Below, one piece after another: positions 12,911 to 25,700 of a DNA stretch of 64,000 bases. Position 1 is the first letter of the stretch. Each line of letters begins with the position of its first letter. The stretch spans positions 602,693 to 666,692 of the forward strand of contig NW_003314284.1 of assembly GCF_000143415.4 (NCBI RefSeq), in the 5' to 3' direction. Made by a program: the position numbers and the translations under genes. A model generated the notes under the pieces. The model was not told the DNA's origin. It made no database searches and worked only from the letters and a program-made list of their open reading frames with translations. The DNA comes from Selaginella moellendorffii. Its lineage: Eukaryota > Plantae > Lycopodiophyta.

Positions 12911-13337
12911 GATCCTATGCTAAACTTTAGATTGACATAAGAGTGGAGAGCATATATTTAAAGTATGGATAGAATTCAAATCGAAAGAGAACATATTCAC
13001 TGTCTTTCTTGTCTCAATGACTAGTTTTTCTACCCGGCCCTTCCAGAAAGAAAATGTGTCCAAGCAGCACACAACAAGGACTGAAGACCAGGAGGCCAGG
13101 AGAGGAAGATCTGCAAGATGTAGCTCTAATTTCAAATCTTGACATCTTTGCATCCATCCTCATGCTTGACAATGGATTATCTATTTATGTTATTTCGATA
13201 ATCTCGTGACTGATGGATGTAGAAAATCGAAGCCGCGATGTCGGCTCCCTCCTTCGCTGCTGCTCCCGGCTTCGTCGCTTAGTATCCAGAGTCTCGAAAA
13301 AGAAAAGACGTGTTGTTTCTAAGGAATTGAGGTGATG

Positions 13338-13418
13338 GCCACGTGGGCTGCCATAGAAAGAAGATCTATCGCGGCCACCAACTTGGACTTTAACATCATG
13401 AAAAATCAACTATATAAA
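13338..13418. promoter_or_regulatory. G-box (GCCACGTGG, 13338-13346) and TATA (13411-13418) in the divergent MFS/2OGD intergenic region
   Basis: Both motifs are visible and are retained in the second copy (CACGTG at 42990-42995). Confidence 0.5.
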
Positions 13419-13471
13419 CCGACCAATTCTATGCCATCTCGTTCATCTTATTTCCTCCTAAGTTTGTAACT

Positions 13472-14696
13472 ATGCCTTCCTTTGTTGCAAATGCCAATCA
13501 GCAGACTGATGTTCTTCCAAAGGGTGTCAAAGCTCTCATGGATAATGGCCTCGTTACCATTCCTGGCCGTTATGTCAAACCTCCCAGCCACCGAGCTGTG
13601 AAGCATTTGATCGTTCCTGGAGTGGAGATCCCTGTGATTGACATGGCTGCATTGGAGAGTGACCGAGAGAAATTTGTTCAAACTTTGTGCAAGGCTTCGA
13701 GTGAATGGGGCATCTTTCAGGTATTTTGATGTGTACCTGCTCAAAAGGATCATTCATAATATGATGTCACATGCAGGTGATCAACCACGGGATTCCTGTT
13801 GCAACCATGCAAGGCATGGTCCATGGAGTGCTTGAGCTCTTTGATCTTCCTATTGAGGAGAAGATGAAGTATTATACGGAGGAGGTGTTTGTGCCCGTGC
13901 GGTACTGCACGAGTATGACACCTTCTCAAGAGACTCATATGGAGTGGCACGATCACTTCCAGCACTACTTTTCAAACAGAGAAAAAGAGCATCCATGGCC
14001 GGAAAAACCAGCCTGCTACAAGTAAATGAGCTTGACTAATCTGGATTTCATGAGATTGCTTGGTTTCTTGGATATTGCAGGAGGCTAGCTTCCAGCTATG
14101 TTTCAAGCGTGAGACATCTGAGTCAGACTCTGATGTCTGCTTTGTCTGAAGGACTCGGGCTGGATTCAAACTGCCTCGCGAAATCGTTTGGAGACTCAGA
14201 GATGATCTTGCGATCAAATTACTATCCGCCGTGCCCAAATCCCGACCTTGCTCTTGGGATGAATGGCCACACCGATAGTGGCGGTTTGACAATCCTGTTT
14301 GAAGATCAAGTTGGCGGACTCCAGGCCAGGAAAGGTGATCTCTGGTACGACTTGAAGCCTATAAAGAATGCATTCATTGTGAACATTGCTGATCAGCTTG
14401 AAGTAAGTGACTTGAATTGATTTTAATCATGGCTTTGTTCGTTTCCATGCCAGATTTTGAGCAATGGAAAATACAAGAGCATTGAGCACCGAGTCCTTGT
14501 CCAGCCTGATCAAACGCGTCTCTCCATCGTGGCATTTTGCAATCCATCACGGGATGCTGTGATAGGACCCCTGCCAGAACTTATTGATGAGCAAAACCCG
14601 CCACTCTACAAGTCAACCTTATACCAAGAGCACATCACAAATGTCTACACAAAATATTTGGATGGCAAGCATTCACAAAAGCTCCAAATAAACTAA
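13472..14696 (+). CDS. 2-oxoglutarate/Fe(II)-dependent dioxygenase (DOXC class), copy 1; exons 13472-13720, 13777-14021, 14081-14402, 14454-14696 (352 aa)
   Basis: GT-AG introns join in frame; motifs IPVIDM, EWGIFQVINHG, NYYPPCPNPD, HTD...H (Fe triad) and RLS (2OG binding). Confidence 0.93.
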
Positions 14697-17600
14697 ACCG
14701 CTCTGGACAACGAGCTGTTACTAAAATAAAATAATACAAATAATAAATCTTCTATTTTATAAGAGAGAACCGTCTCCAAAGATCTCTACAAAGGCAGGAT
14801 GCTCCACAACTCCATTCTTGCTTCCACTCTCTACGTTAGTTCATCTAGTGCTCATGTACGTGGAACTGCAAGAATAATTTAAGAGGCGATTTATATAGGT
14901 TCAAATATAAAAGAAAAAAGCCTATGAACAAAAATAAACTTCATTTTCCAATTAATTAAAAGTGATTAAATGTCCTTATTTTTACATAAAGTATTGGCTA
15001 AATGAAAGTCTAAATTCAGAAAGTTACAAGGTTTCAACAAAAATTAAGTCATTTGATAGCCTAGTCATCAATGAGAGCTTCCTTCACAACACAAGCCATT
15101 AAGGACCTCCAAAGCATAGCCATCAATAAGAGCTTCCTTCATAGCACAATTGTCTAGTCGATGGTAGCTGCTTGAATTTGTGATCACATGTCAAATAATG
15201 CACAAGATTTGGTATCAATGAACTATAATTTATATTAAAAACTATATACTGTCTAAGATATAAAAAATTATGTGAAAACCCATATGAAAGGATATATTAG
15301 TGTGCAAGAAAAACAAACCATATATATTTCTAAACATAATGCTGGAATTAACTATACATCAATTAAATGTAACAAACATACCAAATCCAAAAACCACATC
15401 AGCAGCTATTGTGACCTTGGTATGGTGTGCAATTTGTAAAAAACGTAGCTTTGTATATGTAGATTTCTATGGGCACACCATAGGTCAAATCTAATATCCA
15501 TTAGTGGATTTCTCACACCAAAAAATATTCTAGAGTATACTTTATTGTCAGATAAATTTTCAGCAGTACTATAATGCCCATTCTAATGTATTCATTCATG
15601 CCAATAATATGTAGATCAGAACTTCTGTTGCAGGCACTTGGCCTGGGGTATTTGCTCCCTAGCTGTGAATAAGTTGTAGCAAACTCATTGTGTAGGTGGA
15701 ATAGGGTTTGTTCAAATATGCAATGGTATGCAAGAGATGGAAAGTGTTGGTTGTGGTGGTGTTGGTCTTCTAGAGCAAATGTTAAATGTTTTGATCATGA
15801 AAGCTAAAAATCATGAAGGTTGCCACCTAATCAATCTTCTCCTAAGCATGCTACAAGGCTGGATCTTATTCTATGGCTTATTTGATCCTCTTGCTGGCAA
15901 TTCCTTGTTTATGAGTACTACCAAATCAACAACAGGAAGCATTTCAATTTGTATTGATAAAGGCTTTTTCCACTGCTGTTCCACGGGAGTTTACGTGACC
16001 AAGAGGAAGTTGACGAAGGCAGCTGCATGGAGGAAGACAAGATGTTGCCTTGAGAAATCATTATGCAGCTCAACGTTGGCGACAAGAGCCGCCACAAGCA
16101 TTGCCAGGATGATTTTCAGCATTGCCTCCATCTGCAGCAAAGCTAGAAGAGGAGAGATTTCACTCGCAATTGATCGGAAACACCAGGTTGTGTATTGTCC
16201 AGGCACCAGAAACACCATGGTGGAAGTTAGCTTCTAATACAATACATGAGAGCTTAGAATCTTGCTAAGTGACAAAATTTTGCAACTTTCTTGTGCTTTG
16301 CCGGAAGTGAGAGCTGAGAGGTTCGAGCAAGTGAAAGTACACTGAGTGACAATATTCCTAGCAGAAAGCCATCAGGTGTCCAAGCTAGATATCACATGCC
16401 CAAGTCAGGCATATGATTAAAGGATGGCGGGCAGATCCCTGCACAGCTTGGTCATGGTGGGATTGTTCTTGCCAAGGAGGAGCCGAAGGTTCTAGAGTTG
16501 GAAAACCTCCTTGGACTGTCACGAGTTATCTATCGAGCAGCTTGCTGGCCTTCGTGATAACTGAAGCTTGAGGATGATGCTCTTGAGGTCTTGGCAATCG
16601 CCAATCACGCTGTAGATCTTCAGGACCTCTCCAGGAACAGGAAGGATGGATTGTTGAGTGCTTGATCGTGCACTACCAGGCTTAGCTTGTCGCAATCCCT
16701 AACTTGCAATACTTGGCCCTTGGCATCAACAATCCAAGTATTGCTATGGTTCTTGGTGAGTTCTCCTCCCAGCTTGAGGCTGGTCTGATCACTTGTGCAT
16801 GATGCTCTTGAGCTTGCTCACCGCAAGCACCCCAAGCCATTCCTGAGCCATGTGTAACCCACATTCAGAAGTTATGTAGTCATTGATGGACGTGAAAAAA
16901 ATTTACGCATGCAAAGTTACGTTTTTTACAAATTGCACGCCATACCATACATACCTTAAGCACAGCTTGGACATAAAAATTCGTGTAACACTAGAATGCG
17001 GTCGTTCACACGTATGACATGCAAACGAAACAGAAAAGAAAGAGAGAAAGAGTACCTGGTTTGATGTACTGCAAAAGCTTCGGGGTTTATAATCTGGACA
17101 GTGTCGTTGGTGTGTGGGCAGTGAAGGCAAACCACATCACTTTGAAAACCAGACTTTCCACTTTGGTAGCAAACGGAAGAAAAGAGCCTGTTCTTTCACC
17201 CAGCTTGCCCTCGGCAATCTGTGCGAAATCCCGGCCAGGGCACCCGCATTGCGAATCTGCCAATCTTCCCGGCCACTGACTTGACAATCTTGCTGCTGTT
17301 GCCCCGGATTCTGCGAGCCGGGGGAGCTCATATCGACCTTGGTCATCCTTGCTTGCAAATCTCCCACGTACCTACGCTCTGGAATTCCCCCGCATTTTCT
17401 CCCGGATACATCTTAATCGAATAATCTCAGCTTTTGAAACCTCAGAGCCGCGGATCAGGCTTCCAATCTGGTTTCTGGCAATAATCAAGAAGTAAAAAAG
17501 ACCCGGCGAGACACAAATATCTCCATTTATTCTCTCTTTGCTAGAAAGGTGGTATCACCTGAAACAGAGCATTTGCTCCACATTTTTAGGACTTGAGATT

Positions 17601-17922
17601 ATTCTTGAAATATTCGGTATTCACGATCGATTGTCATTGCAGCTGGAATCCAATTTCTGTCTCGCCCAGCGGAGATACACCACCAAGGGAACTCGCGAGC
17701 TTCTTGAGCGTTTCCACCCTCACATACATCCAGAGAGCAGTGATGGTCCGCATCAAGCATCCTGGAAGAGGCGATCGAGCGCAAGATCGATCCATCTTAT
17801 GGATAGAATAAAGTAAAGAATATTCATGATCCGTTGAGGTGCGGAGATTCTCTCTCTCTCACTCGAGGTCCAAGGTTCGATATATGAATTTTCTTGGATT
17901 TTAGGTCAGAGCAAAGCGAGCT

Positions 17923-18153
17923 ATGGCGGTGCCGGCTGGGGGCTTTGTTCCAAATCCTCCCGATCCTGTCAATCCGGATCCGCAGACACTGCGCGAGCAG
18001 TGGCGCTACGCTACCAGGACATACGCCAAGTACTACAGCAATGCTTGGGGCAGCGCGCTGCTAGCAGGGTTCTTCTTCTTCTCCCTCGGCTGGTATATCA
18101 AGGGCGGGAATCCCACCTCCGGTGGATCATCATCGCCGAAGAAGAAGAAGTAG
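17923..18153 (+). CDS. Small single-TM protein of a conserved uncharacterised plant family
   Basis: 76 aa; EQWRYA.R.Y..YYSNAWG.ALLAG..FF.LGW.IKGGNP resembles small plant TM proteins as I recall them (not verified). Confidence 0.7.
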   Translation: MAVPAGGFVPNPPDPVNPDPQTLREQWRYATRTYAKYYSNAWGSALLAGFFFFSLGWYIKGGNPTSGGSSSPKKKK

Positions 18154-18923
18154 CTGTCCATACATCGATCGATCGATCGATCGATCTTCTACTGTCGATT
18201 GAGAGAGTGTAAGTTTTACTGGGTTCTCTCTTTTAGGTCTTTTGCCGAGTTTCTTTTCCCATTGTAGGTTGTTTCTTGGTTTCCACCACTCGAGAAGAAA
18301 ACAAACCATGTCTCCTGTGATTTAAGAACCAGGTGTCAGGAAAGAAGCGCGCGACGATCGATGCATTGTTTGGAGATAAGAAAACAAGGAACGAATCGAA
18401 GATTCACAGGTTTTTCGAGCACAGCGACTGTGGATCTGACCACCAAAGCTTAAAGCTTTTCCAATTTTCGGGCAGACGTGGAAGAACACCCCAGTGCCGT
18501 GCTCGTGAAAACACGTAGTCACATTCCTCCCATGCGAATGCGAAGAGAGAGAGGTGGCCATTCCGCCCTTTGGGCCGCACGGAATGGGCCAGAGCCGTAC
18601 GACAGTTAGCTGCTTAGCAACAAGAAAAAATAGAAATTAATCCAATCTCCGTTTAGATGATAGAGAGCGCCATTTTTCCAAAACTTTTGCTCTTGTCTCT
18701 GGGCGCCCAGTTTCTAGGGCTTCGAGTGATCGCTTTCCGTGACTGCCGGAGCCGATCGATCGATCGCCGCGCGGATCGCCAGCAAGAAGAGGAAGCAAGA
18801 TCGAGCGCGTCGGATTGTGTCTGTGTTGCTGGATCTTGATCGGGAGCGGATGATCGGCGGTAAATTTGAGGATTCTCTGGAAATTTCTCTCCCTGAGAGC
18901 GCACTGTCACAGATTTCGCAGCG

Positions 18924-19421
18924 ATGCATGGCACAAATCTCCTCAAGAAGGTGCTCAAGCCTCGAAATCTCACGCCGACGCCCGGGCAGAGCTCCAGCAA
19001 GAAGGACAGTGTGCCGTCGAGGAGGAGCTCTTCCGCCGGAGCCACGGATTCCAGCAGTGGCGCGCGATCGCCTGGAGGCAAGCCGACATGCACTTGCTCG
19101 CCGACGACACACGCGGGATCCTTTCGCTGCCGCCTCCACCGCGCCGGGAATGGCCGATCGCATGGCCTGACGCCCTCCGCGATGCCCAAGTCCGACGGCC
19201 CCAAGAAGCCCTTCAAGGGGAGTAGCAGCTACACGATTTCATCGGTGGATATCCATGCGCCACAGTCGAGGCCAGCGGTTCCAAGGCCGGCTCCAGCGGC
19301 GGCGGCGGCCAAGAACAAGCACCGGGGCAAGCCCAGCCGGCTCAGTCGCATGGCCAAGGCCTCGCCAGTCTCAACCACGGAAGAGATCGCTACTGGTATT
19401 GGTGACAAACTAGACGAGTAA
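18924..19421 (+). CDS. Plant serine-rich protein family member
   Basis: Family motifs CTCSPTTHAGSFRCRLHR and C-terminal PSRLSRM. Confidence 0.8.
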   Translation: MHGTNLLKKVLKPRNLTPTPGQSSSKKDSVPSRRSSSAGATDSSSGARSPGGKPTCTCSPTTHAGSFRCRLHRAGNGRSHGLTPSAMPKSDGPKKPFKGSSSYTISSVDIHAPQSRPAVPRPAPAAAAAKNKHRGKPSRLSRMAKASPVSTTEEIATGIGDKLDE

Positions 19422-19494
19422 GCTCTCTCTTTCCCAGTGATTGGATGCTTTGTTTGGATGCTCTAAACGGTAAACTGTCGCTATTGTGTGGCAG

Positions 19495-20606
19495 GAAAAT
19501 GTCAGGCTTTGTGGATGATGCCATGGCTGCTGGAAACGGGGGGTTGGTTCGTCCAGGCTGCCAACAACGGTGCCAGAACTCCGAGGGTGTATACTCTTTC
19601 GACTCGGGTACTTCTTCTCTTTTGCTCTTCACGTAGGAGTAGTATAGCGCTTGACTAGGCATGTCCCTGCCTTGATTTTCTCTTTGGTAGTATTGATTTT
19701 TTGTTTGAGGTGTGTTCTAAGGAATGATCAAACAAATTGGCAACAACAATTTTCCATGGGAATCAGGTTTTTTCGCAAACTCTGGGATTCTTGTCAGTAA
19801 ACAAACGTTCTCGGCCTGTGGCAGAGTTGTATCCTTTTCAGAAACACAGGGAGACTGAGAGTCCTCGTAGCGGCAGCCAGTCGCCCAAGCTTACTCCTCG
19901 AGGCAGCGATTTCCAGTGCGATGTGACGGAATTGTACACGCGCTTGTATGCTGCTCAGCAGACCACGGACTTCATAAGCTCAACCGAGGTGGACGCCTTG
20001 TACGATGCAAATCCGAAGATCCACAAAACCAGAGACGCCGCTGCTCTAAGAGATCGAAGTAAGAGCTTTCCCTTTGAATGATTTCTTATAGCCAGATCTT
20101 TTCGCTGCATAGAATTCACTGCCGAGGTGATTGACGACGATTCGATCCCGGCCTTTGATCTGGTCTCGGAGGTCGTAGAGGAAAGCAAGCTCTACGTCGA
20201 GCCACTCCGGATCATCGACTTCAAGCAGGAGTTCTTCCCAAGCTCGACGTGCACGTCGTTCCTCGTGCAGTGGGAGAACCTGTCCGTGAGGGATGCAACC
20301 TGGGAGAGCTCCCACTTCATCAGCGGCTATCCGCAGCTCCTCCAGGACTTCCTCCAGCGCAGGTCGGAGCAAGGCGACAGCGTCGAGTTTTTCCGCGCCA
20401 TGGAAAACGTCAAGAACTTGAAAGGATTCCTGGACGATCGAAAGCAAGAAGATGTCGCAGTAGAAACTCCGGAAGATCATCAGCGAGCCAACGCTCCGGA
20501 GGGAAAAATATCTAAAGAGAATCACGATCAAGACGAGGAGGACGAGGAGAACTTTAGCAGCAGCAGCGACGATGAAGAACAAGACGAAGAAGAAGAAGAA
20601 TTTTAA
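19495..20606 (+). CDS. Chromodomain-containing protein with acidic tail; exons ~19495-19607, 19825-20058, 20113-20606
   Basis: Chromodomain pattern YVEPLRII...FLVQWENLSVRDATWE; phase-compatible GT-AG introns; D/E-rich C-terminus. The 5' end is uncertain (own ATG at 19499, or spliced to the 18924 ORF). Confidence 0.6.
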
Positions 20607-20651
20607 ACGAAGTATATTCGAGTAAATATTCACCCTCCCGCCCTAAGGAAT

Positions 20652-22724
20652 ATGCTACTGGATCGGGGCAAATGCCTCGATCTTCTCCAATCTTGCAAGA
20701 CCCTCCCGGCGGCGGAGGTAATCCAGTCTAGAATCGAGAAGGATAGGGCTCTAATCGACGCCTTCGTCTCCAACAAGCTCATCGAGGCCTACGGGCGATG
20801 CGGCAGCGCAGCCCTCGCGCGCCAGATCTTCGACGACGAGACATGGCCCAAGGACGCGCTCTCCTGGCAAGTGATGCTCGTCGCCTACTCGCGCAATGGG
20901 CACCTCCGCGAGGCCCAGCGCGTCTTCGAATCCATGCCACACCGGGGACTCAATTCCTGGACCGCGATGCTCAATCTCTACGCGCGCAATGGGCAGCTCG
21001 AGCGCGCGATGGATCTCTTTGCCCGGATGCCGACCCACGACGTAGTGTGCTGGAATTCGGTGCTAGCAGCGCATGCCGCGAATGGGCATCTGGAGGAGGC
21101 AGGGGAGATTTTTGAGAGGGCGATGCCGAGGCGCGACACTGCGTCTTGGAACACGATGCTTGCGGGATTTGGGCAGAATGATAATGTCGAGCAGATGGAG
21201 TGGATATTCCAAGGAATGCCGCAGTGGAACCTTGTTTCGTGGAACGCCAAGCTCGCAGCATATGCCGAACATGGGTATCTTGAGGAGACTAGATGGGTGT
21301 TTGATTCCATGCCAGAGGCGGATCTTTTCTCCTGGAACACACTTCTCAGCGCGTTTGCGCAAGAAGGGAGTTTGCAAAGAGCAAAATTCATCTTTGACAC
21401 TATGCCGGAGAGGGATCTTGTGTCATGGACGGCTCTCATCACAGAATTCGCCAAAACTGGGCATCTTGTGCAGTCTCGGGCGCTGTTTGACGAGATTCCA
21501 GAGAGAAACCTTGTCTGCTGGAACGCGATGATCAGTGGCTACTGCCAAAACGGAAGCCTTTCGCAAGCGCAGGCGTTGTTTGACGAAATGCCGCAGAGAG
21601 ATCTCGTCTCCTGGACAGCCATGGTTGCAGCGTATGGGGAAAACGGGCATCTTAGTAAAGCAAAAGAGATGTTTGATCGTATGCCCCACAAGGGCTTGGT
21701 TCCGTGGATCACGATGCTTTCCTCCCATGCTCACAGCGGCGATCTCTCCACCGCCCTAGTCATGTTTGATTCCATGCCACACCACAACCTCGTCGCGTGG
21801 AACGTAATAATCTCCGCGCACGCCCAAGCCGGGCATCTCCAGCAGACGCGCAAGATCTTCGCCGCCATGCCGCAGCGCAACCTCGTCTCGTGGAACGCGA
21901 TGCTGCTGGCGTGCTCCCAACACGCCGACAACCCCCGCGAATCCAGGGCCGTGTTCGACGGGATGCCGCAGCACGACCTCGTGTCGTGGAACGCAATGCT
22001 GGGGGCATATTCGCGGCTCGGGCATGTGGAGGACGCCAGATGTCTGTTTGATTCCATGAGGCGGCGCGAGCGGCTCGACTTGGTCTCACTAAACGTGATG
22101 CTGGCGGCATATACCCAGCGCGGGCATATCAGCGAAGCTCTTCTTCTCTTCAATGGTATGGCCCAGCAGGACATACACTCGTGGACCAACATTCTTGCGG
22201 TGTATGCCCAAGCCGGGCATCTGGAGCTTGCGGTAGCATTTTTCCAGAGAATGCCCGAGCACGACACGGTCTCCTGGAACGTTTTGCTGGCTTCCCATTG
22301 CTACACCACTGGAAGATTTAAAAGTTCCACCGTTTTGGATAAAACTTTAGAGACCTCCTCGACGATGAGACTCACGCAAGTGCCCGATGGGGCTTGCTTC
22401 GTGTCGCTGCTCAGCGCCTATAGCTCCCAAGGCAAGGTTTTCGATGCTATGCGCGTTTTCAGGTCCATGGTTGTGGATTTCGAGCTCCAGCCTTGTAAGC
22501 AGCACTACAGTTGCATGGTGGACGTGCTCAGCCGGGCTGGACGTCTCGACGATGTACAAGACTTGGTCGATAGCATGCCGTTTGTGCCTGATGCATCAGA
22601 TTCGAGGTGCTTGTTAGCGAATTGTAGGAATCAGAGTGCCAACCTTGGATATCTGAAACCTCCATCTGAGTTTGAGGAAGGAGCGTCCTTCGTGCTCCTT
22701 GCAAATGCGTACAAAAGTGTGTAA
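20652..22724 (+). CDS. PLS-class pentatricopeptide repeat protein (array of ~31-aa short repeats, partial E domain, no DYW)
   Basis: Repeated A..LFD.MP.RDLVSWNAM..AYA..GH units; E-type end KQHYSCMVDVLSRAGRL...MPF.PD. Confidence 0.93.
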   Translation: MLLDRGKCLDLLQSCKTLPAAEVIQSRIEKDRALIDAFVSNKLIEAYGRCGSAALARQIFDDETWPKDALSWQVMLVAYSRNGHLREAQRVFESMPHRGLNSWTAMLNLYARNGQLERAMDLFARMPTHDVVCWNSVLAAHAANGHLEEAGEIFERAMPRRDTASWNTMLAGFGQNDNVEQMEWIFQGMPQWNLVSWNAKLAAYAEHGYLEETRWVFDSMPEADLFSWNTLLSAFAQEGSLQRAKFIFDTMPERDLVSWTALITEFAKTGHLVQSRALFDEIPERNLVCWNAMISGYCQNGSLSQAQALFDEMPQRDLVSWTAMVAAYGENGHLSKAKEMFDRMPHKGLVPWITMLSSHAHSGDLSTALVMFDSMPHHNLVAWNVIISAHAQAGHLQQTRKIFAAMPQRNLVSWNAMLLACSQHADNPRESRAVFDGMPQHDLVSWNAMLGAYSRLGHVEDARCLFDSMRRRERLDLVSLNVMLAAYTQRGHISEALLLFNGMAQQDIHSWTNILAVYAQAGHLELAVAFFQRMPEHDTVSWNVLLASHCYTTGRFKSSTVLDKTLETSSTMRLTQVPDGACFVSLLSAYSSQGKVFDAMRVFRSMVVDFELQPCKQHYSCMVDVLSRAGRLDDVQDLVDSMPFVPDASDSRCLLANCRNQSANLGYLKPPSEFEEGASFVLLANAYKSV

Positions 22725-22754
22725 TGTCTTAAAGGATTTGAGACTTCTTCGGCT

Positions 22755-25700
22755 TTACACAGAGACGCACAAGGAGCTCATTTGAACCCAGCGGTAAGCG
22801 CACCTGTCGCGGATGTTTTTGATCTCTTGGGCTGGAAGATCGACCAGAGGCCTCAGGTTGTTCACGGCTACAGCGGCCTTCAAGTTTCTTTCTGGGATCT
22901 GCTGGAAAAGTCGTCGTTAGAAGAGGCTTGGAACCATGCTAAACTACCTTCTGAAGGACGCGGTTGACATCCAACAAGCGGAAGAAATGCGTGAGCTGAT
23001 TGTACAAGTCCACTTGCGAGTACTGCTTCACGTGCAGCGTTAAGAGAAAATGAAGCATGAAAAGGTGCTGGGATGCTAACCTGGCGGACAAGACGACCAT
23101 TGCATCTTGGAAAGTTTGGGCACACTGCACCTCGCTCGGCATCCCCTACTATTCTCAAGATCGTGTCCCTCGACGTGTGGTTGCACATCTCATCGTCGCA
23201 CTTGAGAAATAAAGATAAAGAAAATGTCAGTTGCGCTCTTTCAGTTCAAGGAGCATACGTACCACCATCCAACAATCATAGTACCGTTGAATAAACTCTG
23301 CTGCGCGGTCCAGGACCTGAGGAGAAACAATCGATAAAGGCTCATCGGAAGTACAAAAAATGAAAGAAGTACCAGATTGGTGAGCTTTGGAGCAGTAACG
23401 TTTTGAGATTGTCCAACGGAACAATGAGGACACACTAGAAGCTTACTGAGAAGAGACTGAGTGCCGGCATTCTCGTCCTCCGATTGATCCTCTCCAACCA
23501 AAGTAAGAACGTGACTTACTCCAGGAAATGGATATCTAGCAGCACAACTCGAACACAACAGTTCCAAAGCCTCGCACCGGTTATATCTGTCAGATCGAAG
23601 TGAGATCTTCCACAGCATAACAAAAAACACTACCTGTCCTCATCATCAAGAACAGATGTGGCCACAAGCGCATCTTCTTTATCAAGTGTGGTTGACACTG
23701 AGCGTTGTTGAAACTGTCAGCGTGAGAAATGTGAGCACCTAAAGAGAAAAGACGCGTAGAATATGACCTTGGATGGATCCAGACCCAGACAATCGGCAAT
23801 GTGACTTGGATCGGTACCTTCAATGGGTGTACATAGTCTTGAGACTACGGGATGAATCTAGAAATTGCCAGTTTTCGATAGTAGAAAAATATTAACGAAC
23901 TAGCGAACCTGTTGAGATAAATAGTAGTCTACGTCGATAATGCATCCACCACCTCCAGCTTTTAACTCGTCTGGATGCCTTGCCCTCTCAGCCAGTGGAA
24001 CACCAAGCACACCCTGCAGTTCTATTTATGTTGATGTATTGAGAAAAATAGATTTCGTACCTCTTGACAACATATGACATATGGAATAGTATCTCCAGGG
24101 AAACATTTATGGCCTTCCTGTTTTCGTCTTAGAGCAACCTGAAAAATACAATTTCCATAGGACAAAAGAAAAGAGAGAGATTTAAGAGATGCCAACCTGA
24201 ACATGAGGCTGGTTTTTACTGTCAGGGTAGTCCTCTGGTCGTTTGCTTAAGCTCTTTGTGATGACATACTTTTCAAGTTCAATTCTGCCATTTCTCATAT
24301 CATCTTGCAACTATGAGAAGAAAAACTAATTAGAAAAAAGAAAAACAAACAAGAACGCACCTTTCTTAATTTATCGTGGATAGCGTCAACAACATCCTCC
24401 CGTGAACTGTAAAATTCGTCGCGATATGAATTTTTGTTAAAGAAAAAGAAACTTACCCTTCCGATAAAATCTGCTCGAGAATAAAGTTTCCCACATCTTT
24501 CGATAGAAGGCTCCAGTCTCTTCGAACTATATCCAGTCCTCTTTGCTCTATTACCTGCACCGCAACTTCCTAGAGCTCACAATCAAAGAAAAACTTGCTT
24601 ACCTCTCGAAGTTTTCCGTCAGCACTGGTTTCAACTTTCACGCAGGCATACTTCTTCTTTTTAAGTAGAAGCATTCTTTTGAAAACGCCATCTAAGTCGA
24701 TTTCCAGTAGTTTGTACTTTTTGTTAACCTGAACTTCGAAGAGTCAAATTCAAGATAATCTAATCAAATCTTACCTCCTTAATAACTTGCGCGGCAATGC
24801 TTTTGGCCTTTAAAAGATCGTCCAGCCCCGTATTGATCATTATTGAATCAGTATCCCCATAGATCACCTGGTCACAGAGATAACTGTAATATCTTAAGTA
24901 GATAAAACATTTAGTACCTCTAAATTCAAGACGTTTTGGACAAGATCCACTGTACTTTGAAGTATTTCGCGTCCCTATCACAGTATGCATAAGAACAAGT
25001 TCTTTCAGAAAGAATAAAATACCTGTGAAGTTATCAATTCGGCAATGAACTTGGCATAAAACCTCGAGTTGGGAAATCCCAAACAACCGTACATACTGAT
25101 TGCTTCTGCATTTGAGAATCTTGTACAGAAGCTAAGATCCATACCTGTTAGCAGTAAGTTTAAGAGCTTGCTGCTGTATGTCCATCTGCTGGTATTTCAA
25201 GACATCCGTTGTTTTCTTAAGCCATTGCTTCACCTGTTTCCTGCGATCAACCAATGCTTTCAAGACCTGACAAAGACAGCAGATGAGAGGAGTCCCCTGT
25301 ACAAGCATACCGGCGTACCTGCGGGAGTACACCAGGTGCATCCGCATTTGGCAAAGAGGATATTGAACCATCTGAGGACCGCTCAACAGTAGTAAAACAT
25401 ATATTGTATTCCTACGGCATTTCATGAAAAAGAAAACGAAACCGTGAGCTTTTGAATACTAACGACAAAATACCTGGATTATAGATGGATAAAGACTATT
25501 GAAATCCAGAAGCAAAATATACTTGTCGTAAAGCCCCTTTTTCGGTTCGAGAACCAAGCCGCCAGTGTAAGCCGGAGCTTTCTTGTTCTTTGCCTCGACT
25601 GCAGAATCCGGCTCAAAGTCTTCATCTTGTTGTGCTTTTTTCCTCTTTTTCTCGTTGTCTTTCTCTTTTTCACTAGCAGATACTTTGTCAGGAACAATAT

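Noticed and set aside
15600-17860. Several short ORFs and faint LRR-like or exon-like fragments
   Set aside because: No consistent frame or recognisable family; likely pseudogene debris.
20652-22724. Idea that the orphan deaminase supplies editing activity in trans to this DYW-less PPR
   Set aside because: The deaminase lacks DYW-family features and an evident transit peptide and lies ~28 kb away; nothing in the sequence links them.
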